Shown here: in pieces, positions 33,566 through 39,433 of the stretch | How positions within the stretch are numbered: the first letter of the stretch is position 1 | Layout of the letters: each line of letters starts with the position of its first letter | IMG/VR virus record: IMGVR_UViG_3300027819_000028 | Coordinates: 1 to 39,433 of that record | Strand: one strand, 5' to 3' | DNA: 39,433 nucleotides | Origin: a virus | Lineage: Duplodnaviria > Caudoviricetes | Notes under the pieces: model-generated | Told to the model about the DNA's origin: nothing | Seen by the model: the letters and a program-made list of their open reading frames with translations, nothing else | The model's database searches: none | Translations under genes and position numbers: made by a program

Positions 33566-35626
33566 TCATGCTGGCACCTCGCTAAACTCGTCCTTCACCT
33601 CGGGCTTCTGGCCGTAGTAGGCCCGCACCTGCTCAGCCGCCTTTTGCAAGTCGCCTATCTGCGATGTTGTTTTGATGCTCAGCGCCTGTAGTACAGCGCC
33701 GCTGGCTAAACTCATCGCGTCGTGTGCCCATGTCATCAACTCGCCTGCGTTGTGCAGCGCCGGGATGTCGGGCCACGGGTTCGCGGGTCCGGCTGAAGCT
33801 GGCGCTTTGAATGTCTCTGGTTTGGACGCTTCGGGTTTGGCTTGCATAGGGGTCGTCTCTGGTGCTCGGGATACTGGTCTGGTAGTAGGTTTGACAGGTT
33901 CAGGTCGCCGTGCTGTCTCTGGTTCCACCGCCATATCCTCAAGGTCTTGTGAGAATAGGCCGCTAGTTGCCGTCGCCCTCAACGTGGCGTCAACATAGCT
34001 GTTATGTGTCTGAATTCCGTTAGCCAACAGAAAGATGTGCTCGCCGCTAACTTGAATATCGTAGGTTGGCGCCAACTTCTTCTCTGGTGTTATGCTGACA
34101 ATCTGTTCCAAGTCTTTCGGGTGGTATGCTGGTGGCTCGGTGGTTAGACGCCCCCGGAATACCGGATAATCAGTTTCCTTATATCGAGCATTTGATCGCC
34201 TTAGGGTAAGACGATGCCCCAACACCGCACAGAGACTTCTGAGATCATTCGCCCAGTCGTAGTTTTCGCCCTTGAACCCTATCTGCCAATAGGGACGGCG
34301 TCCTTCATCGTCTCTGAAACTGCCATCTCCTTCCAGATACCCATTCAGAAGTTCCTGCAGAAACGCGCTCCCTTGCCGCCAAGCATATCGGGATAGGTGC
34401 TTTCCGCTTGCGCCCTTGCCATCAACGAATTGCTGAATCATGCCGTTGAATGCTGGCCCACTGATACATACTCTCAGGCATTCGCCTTTGTCACGTTTGT
34501 CACGTGTGACTCTTAAGGGGCTGCCTAGCTTCATAGCAGCGGTTTGGATGTTGTCAACCAGATCGTCTCGACCAGCATTGAGGGTATAGTTTATATAATG
34601 GTCTTCGGCGTTTCCCTCAGCAATGAATAGTCCGGCCGCGAAAGCGAACGGCAAATCAGCATGCTGAGCGTGGTCTTTGATCGGGATCAGCGAACGCAGC
34701 AGGCTAGTCCCCACGGATAAATTCGCGACGCTTAGTAGTCCCGTCGGCGTAGTCGGAAAACGGTGCAGTGCAGTAGCGCGAATATACGAGCCGTCACCCA
34801 GTTCGATGCGGAACAGTTGGTCATTTTCATTGCGAACCATTGCCTCAACGTCAACCCAGTTGCCATCAGGCGCCGGTAATTGGAGAGGTTCATTGCCGTC
34901 TTGGTAGATTCGGTACATTCCCTCGACGGTCCCAGCTACCTCGCCTAGCGAGGTGCGGAATAGGAGTGGCGTACTACCGCCCAAACATCGCTTTGCTGAC
35001 ATTTTCTTCAACGTGTTCTCATTGTCAAATGGGTCTGGGTTCTCGATCTGCCCTTGCTGCTGATCGATTATGGACGGGTCGTTGTCACCGAACTTGGCAC
35101 CACATCCGCCCTTTTTGGCAAAACAGAGATAGCCGCCGCCGTATTCAGCCTTGCCCTTGATAATCGCCGCCGCTCCACATTGTGGGCATTTGCGTTGTCC
35201 GTCCCGGTAGCGGTGCTTCTTCTCCCATGAGTTAGCCGCTCCCAGTCCTTGCCCGACTATCGGCCCGTCTTCGGTCTCGGCATGAAGGTTACACACACTC
35301 AGCACCCGAAGCTGTGGTGTAGTTATGCCGTCGCCTAGAATCGTGGTCTGATCGAAGGTCGGCACGAGGTGGTGAAACTTCGCCAGCTTCTCGGCTCCGG
35401 GTTTGAGTAGGGTCGGCTTGCTGCCGGTCCCCGGTATTACCCCATAGTCAACTTCTGTTGTCATCAACTCCCGCTGGATGGTCGCCATCCGCACTTGTGC
35501 AGTCTTCATCTGGTCAAGTCGTTGCCGAAACTCGGTATCGCTCATCACGGCTAGGGCATCCATGGGACTAACCCGCTGTGCCAATTGTCCTTGCTGCTGG
35601 ATTGCTAGTTCGTGTGTATCGTTCAT
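33566..35626 (-). CDS. Putative single-strand annealing/recombination protein interrupted by an intein
   Basis: Extein motifs DYGVIPGT..KPTLLKPGAEKL and NT..KM..KR|SYVDA......SGLFSQDLED; Cys-rich insert; Pro/Ala linker; typical early-region position. Confidence 0.7.
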   Translation of the reverse strand: MNDTHELAIQQQGQLAQRVSPMDALAVMSDTEFRQRLDQMKTAQVRMATIQRELMTTEVDYGVIPGTGSKPTLLKPGAEKLAKFHHLVPTFDQTTILGDGITTPQLRVLSVCNLHAETEDGPIVGQGLGAANSWEKKHRYRDGQRKCPQCGAAAIIKGKAEYGGGYLCFAKKGGCGAKFGDNDPSIIDQQQGQIENPDPFDNENTLKKMSAKRCLGGSTPLLFRTSLGEVAGTVEGMYRIYQDGNEPLQLPAPDGNWVDVEAMVRNENDQLFRIELGDGSYIRATALHRFPTTPTGLLSVANLSVGTSLLRSLIPIKDHAQHADLPFAFAAGLFIAEGNAEDHYINYTLNAGRDDLVDNIQTAAMKLGSPLRVTRDKRDKGECLRVCISGPAFNGMIQQFVDGKGASGKHLSRYAWRQGSAFLQELLNGYLEGDGSFRDDEGRRPYWQIGFKGENYDWANDLRSLCAVLGHRLTLRRSNARYKETDYPVFRGRLTTEPPAYHPKDLEQIVSITPEKKLAPTYDIQVSGEHIFLLANGIQTHNSYVDATLRATATSGLFSQDLEDMAVEPETARRPEPVKPTTRPVSRAPETTPMQAKPEASKPETFKAPASAGPANPWPDIPALHNAGELMTWAHDAMSLASGAVLQALSIKTTSQIGDLQKAAEQVRAYYGQKPEVKDEFSEVPA
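34001..34987 (-). mobile_element. Intein with LAGLIDADG homing endonuclease (329 aa)
   Basis: Starts CLGGSTP at Cys214; block B ATALHRF; LAGLIDADG motifs AAGLFIAEG and LNGYLEGDG; block F YDIQV..H.F; ends THN followed by Ser+1. Confidence 0.93.
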
Positions 35627-35638
35627 CGTTTCTCCTCT

Positions 35639-38364
35639 CTATTGGTCGCCGAACAAATCCGAGTTGTCTTTTTCCGCTTGGCGCTTGATTTCTTCTGCTG
35701 TCATCTGGCTTCGGCGAAACGCAGCTATCGCCATGATTGCAGCGCCGCGAGCCTCATTCACATGGTCTAGTGCCTGTACGACTTTCTCGGTCCGGGCCTC
35801 TTTGTCAGCGTCCATGTTGTCTCTCCTCTCAAAAGGGCAGCACGTCTGGTATCGGCGTGCCGTCGCCATACCTCTCCTGCTTCAGCAGCCACTCGTGTCT
35901 CTCATGGCGCCACCACTGTATCCTCTGCAATGCCACATCATGGGCCTTCGCAGCCACGATCATGGCGTTGATGCTGTTCGTCACGGTAAGTCTCTTGATC
36001 GTCGCCCGATCCTGCCGTGCGAGGATTCGCCACTGATCGAGCATGTCCTGAACATCACTGCCGAATCCGTAGTCGCCAGCCTTCAGGCCCGCGATAACGT
36101 TCTTCCATGCTGCGATGGTCGCTTTCATCCTTCACCTCCGAGGGTGAAGGACCCTCCCGTCAGTCTCAGACAGGCGGCAATAATCAGATGTACCGCCAGC
36201 GCGAGCATGATGATGGCGGCAAAGCAGCCAATCGAAAATGGTTTCTGTTGTTGCATTAGACGTGCTCCTCGATTTCGACTGTGTTCGACAGAAACTTAAT
36301 GGCGTCCTCAAGGTCGGTTATTTCAGCCATCTTGGCAGTGCAATGCCCCCGCATAATCTTCAATTTGCGCTCATATTCTTCTACTTGTCTGCTCACTGAG
36401 GCGGCTTCCAAACAGACGTTGTTTAGTCGATACCTCAGGGCCTCTATCGATTTTTCAAACATGACTAGATGTGCTCCCTTGCCCAGTCTGGGTCCCGGTG
36501 TCGGGGGTCGCGCAGCCTTGGTGGAAGGGCCGCTGGACGTTTGTCGATGCCGACTAACTGCCGGAACTCATCCTCGGTGTGCGGCCCTTCGTCGGGGATG
36601 TCGTCAAGACTGTCGTAATAGTCGTCGACGGCCTTTTGCTCGGCGATGTCGTCGTGGAAGGTGCTAATCATTGGACGCCTCCTGCTTAACGGGGTGAAAG
36701 TAGTCGTGATATGCATCATCGTCGAAGTCTGCAACCTCACCGCACTGTGGGCAAATCCAGCGCGAGTCGGGTAGTCTCATCTGCTCGATATAATTGATCC
36801 TTCCGATTTTGACTTTGCCACACTGGCCGCAGAGCACGCTATATGCAGCGTCGTGTTCACTTGGCTCGCGGCGCGCCAACTCATCGTCAAACCACTTTTC
36901 AGCAGATATCCCTAACTCACTCAAGTTCACCTGATACCAGTGGTTGCCGCCACCCGAACTCGGGGCTGTGAACCTGAGCACGTTGTTTTCTATAGTTCTG
37001 CTAAAGCGGACGCCTGGGCATAGGCGCTCTAGTTGCGCCATCTTGTCTACTAGTGTTGTGCTCTCAAGCATGGGACACCACCTCCTCGATAGCCGCGACT
37101 ATGGCGTTAGCCAAGTTCTCTTGCCATGTCGGTGGTGACTGTATTGAGGCTACTATTATCGGTTTTGGGCAGTGATGGCGCTCATGTCCACGTTCCGTGA
37201 TAGCGCGGCCGATGCTCTCCAGCGTATACAGTTCGTTGCTCCATAACTGCTGGCCGCAGTCGGGACAGGTCCCAATTAGCATTGTCAAAACCTTCTCCCC
37301 GTAGCCTGCACTCGCACACTTAAAGACGAGCTCATCGACGGTGATTAGCCCCCAGCCAATGTTTTCATCCAGCCGGACCGCTGTCCAGTCCGAGCCAAAC
37401 CACCGCTCGGCGATCTTATTTATGTTGTCTATTCTGGCTGAGCGGTCTCTGTTGGCGCTCTCTGTATCTGCCTCGTCTTTGAGGCGCTTCGCCTCCATGT
37501 ATGCCTCAATGGCGCGACCCGTGAATGTCATTTGGGTGTTTGGATTGTTCATCATGCAACCTTCCCGCCCGTTGCCTTGGCGATGGCGGCTCTTGTCACA
37601 CAGTCGGGGCATTCGCCCTCGTTCCCCTGCTCGCGCCACGTGAGACACCAGCAGAGCCCGCCTTGCCGCCTCAACTTCAGGCACGCTTCTAGTAGGTCAG
37701 GGGCTGCGGCGATGAGTTGAGCTACGACCATCCATGGGCTTTTGGTGAAATCAGGCATTGGACGCCTCCTCGTTATCGTGGTCGCCGACAAAGCCGTCTT
37801 CGCTGCCATCCATTCGGTAACAGCGAACACACCGGCAAATAGTGTTGCAGTCCAGATCGACAATGTTGTCCGTCAGAACATCGACCGTACAGCCGATCTC
37901 GTTGTGCTGTGAACGGAGATGCCCACACTGGCAATAGAGACCGTCAGGGTCGGAGATGACTTTTCTCATCAAGCCACCTCCTCTTCACGGCACCCGAATG
38001 CCGTCTCTCCCCATGCCGCCATGTCCTCCGCCGCCTCGGCCATCAGGATATCTTCCGCCACCTTGGTTGCCATCGCCTCGGCCAGTGGGCATCGTGCCGC
38101 CCAGCACATCGGCGTGGGACAGTCGGTCGTCATCGTGTAGCACTGCACCGTCTCGCACCAAAATGTGCCCAAGAGGGCGTACCGCTCGGCCACAGAGGTA
38201 TAGTGGTAGACGCCGCCACAGAGCTGGCATCCCGCTTCCTGCCACGCGTCGAGGTACGATTGCTTGTACACATCAAATGGCAGGGTGTGGCCACATTTAC
38301 AGCATACGAAAGCGGGCGAGGTGTAGACGCGAGGGTATTTTTGTGCTATAGTAGAAGTGTTCAT
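35639..38364 (-). other. Run of small early hypothetical genes (35639-~35815, 35829-36128, 36256-36462, 36465-~36671, 36664-37071, 37064-~37555, 37552-~37758, 37751-37972, 37969-38364)
   Basis: Tightly coupled ORFs with GGAGG RBS; one has the common phage LIAAAPDLLEA motif; several have CxxC pairs. Confidence 0.55.
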
Positions 38365-38416
38365 AAGACTCCTTTCGAGGGGTGGGCTGTCAGGCGCACA
38401 ACCTGACAGCCTTTTT
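38324..38416 (+). ncRNA. Putative small antisense RNA (promoter plus terminator) over the start of gene 37969-38364
   Basis: TAGACG (38324-38329), 17 bp, TGc-TATAGT (38347-38352); hairpin GGCTGTCAGG/CCTGACAGCC (38385-38411) followed by T5. Confidence 0.5.
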
Positions 38417-38708
38417 CATTTCTAGGCTGCTGGCTTCAGGTCGTCGTAGACGATTTCGGTTAAACATCCGCTCGCCGCCTGCTTTCTTGTGGTCTGAATG
38501 AGTAGGTCCAACCGTTCGACGGCCCCTCTGATCTCGCTTGTCGCTGCGGCCAAGTCATCTATCCTTGCGCCCAGCCTTATTACTCGATGGTCTCCTTTTA
38601 TTCGGTTTTCCTGTGCTATGACCTTGCCTCCTTTCCTGTGTAGTTATTCGCTTTTTATCTATTCTGCTGTTCTGCTCGACTAGGCTCCCCCTTCCTCAAT
38701 GTCTTCTG

Positions 38709-39017
38709 CTACAGGGCTGACAGCAGATTTAGCAACTGGCGGGCGAGCGCGATTATGTCCACTGTCGTGTCAACGTTGTCCTGTGCCCGTCCGATCAAGC
38801 TGCTGTTGTTGCACGCGTTAGGATCTTCTGGGACAGGAGGATTCCCCCCGCGTATGGCATTTGCGAAAGAGATGGCGGTAGCGACTTGATCGCTGAGCTC
38901 GCTTAACAGCTTCGTCTGGCACTCCAAAAGACGGGTCAGCGTGTCGGCTTGATCGGACTGCTGAGGCATCATTCCTGCTCGACTGTCCACATGCATCATT
39001 CCTGCTAGCCTATCCAT
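38709..39017 (-). CDS. Hypothetical coiled-coil protein
   Basis: 102 aa, RBS GGAGGAG. Confidence 0.55.
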   Translation of the reverse strand: MDRLAGMMHVDSRAGMMPQQSDQADTLTRLLECQTKLLSELSDQVATAISFANAIRGGNPPVPEDPNACNNSSLIGRAQDNVDTTVDIIALARQLLNLLSAL

Positions 39018-39069
39018 CTTGGTTGTTCTCCTCCCTTCTCAGTGTCGCTTATTCGGTTGTTTTGCTCGA

Positions 39070-39372
39070 CTAGGCTCCCTCCTGTTGAGATTTGGTGTCC
39101 GGATTTTCCTCTATCCTATTTTCTATGGCCGCTTGTTCTCTCTCTGCCCGTCTCCTTTCGTCAATTTGTTGTCGTATCGCTACCCGGCCTCTTTTCCGGA
39201 TTCGATCCAAGATGATCTCGACTCCCATTCGCACGATCTCACTGCGGCTCACCCGAAGGGCCTTGGCGTGCCGGGTGAGCTGGGCCAGTACCCTCGGCGC
39301 AAGCGCCACGCCGACAGGCTCCACGCTGGTCAGCGGTTTTGCCGGTCGCCCTCTTCGTTTGCTCTGTGTCAT
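39070..39372 (-). CDS. Ribbon-helix-helix (CopG-like) regulator with an AT-hook-like motif
   Basis: KRRGRP then VGVAL..L...A....VSRSEIVR.GV; first gene of the early run. Confidence 0.65.
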   Translation of the reverse strand: MTQSKRRGRPAKPLTSVEPVGVALAPRVLAQLTRHAKALRVSRSEIVRMGVEIILDRIRKRGRVAIRQQIDERRRAEREQAAIENRIEENPDTKSQQEGA

Positions 39373-39433
39373 CCGTACTGTTGCCTTCCTAAGTCCTTTA
39401 TTCGTTATTCATCATCTAATGTTCTAAAACCGC

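Noticed and set aside
1-39433. tRNA/rRNA genes, integrase/att sites, IS transposases, lysis genes, major capsid gene
   Set aside because: None recognisable by eye; they may lie outside the window.

Overview
The window is ~39 kb of a tailed dsDNA phage or prophage, mostly encoded on the - strand. Right to left it carries small early genes, an intein-interrupted putative single-strand-annealing protein, PAPS-reductase-like and radical SAM genes, and a replication module (initiator with internal iterons, DnaC-like loader, DNA methyltransferase, DnaB). Next come RusA, a solo Cas7/RAMP-fold gene, a short + strand accessory operon, small and large terminase, portal, several low-complexity putative ejection proteins (one of 1753 aa with two ADP-ribosyltransferase-like domains) and a truncated putative scaffold gene. 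The standout feature is the solo RAMP gene (19657-20292) followed directly by a 5-nt-periodic array: 19223-19566 tiles exactly into 46 pentamers, 11 hexamers and three 16-bp palindrome inserts, reading NN-[G/A]GC on the coding strand. This is a candidate non-CRISPR RNA-guided system. A TCCTTC-N2..17-GAAGGA palindrome family (about 19 copies) is dispersed across the window and behaves like an insertion in the array. All calls come from motif reading by eye; no database searches were run.
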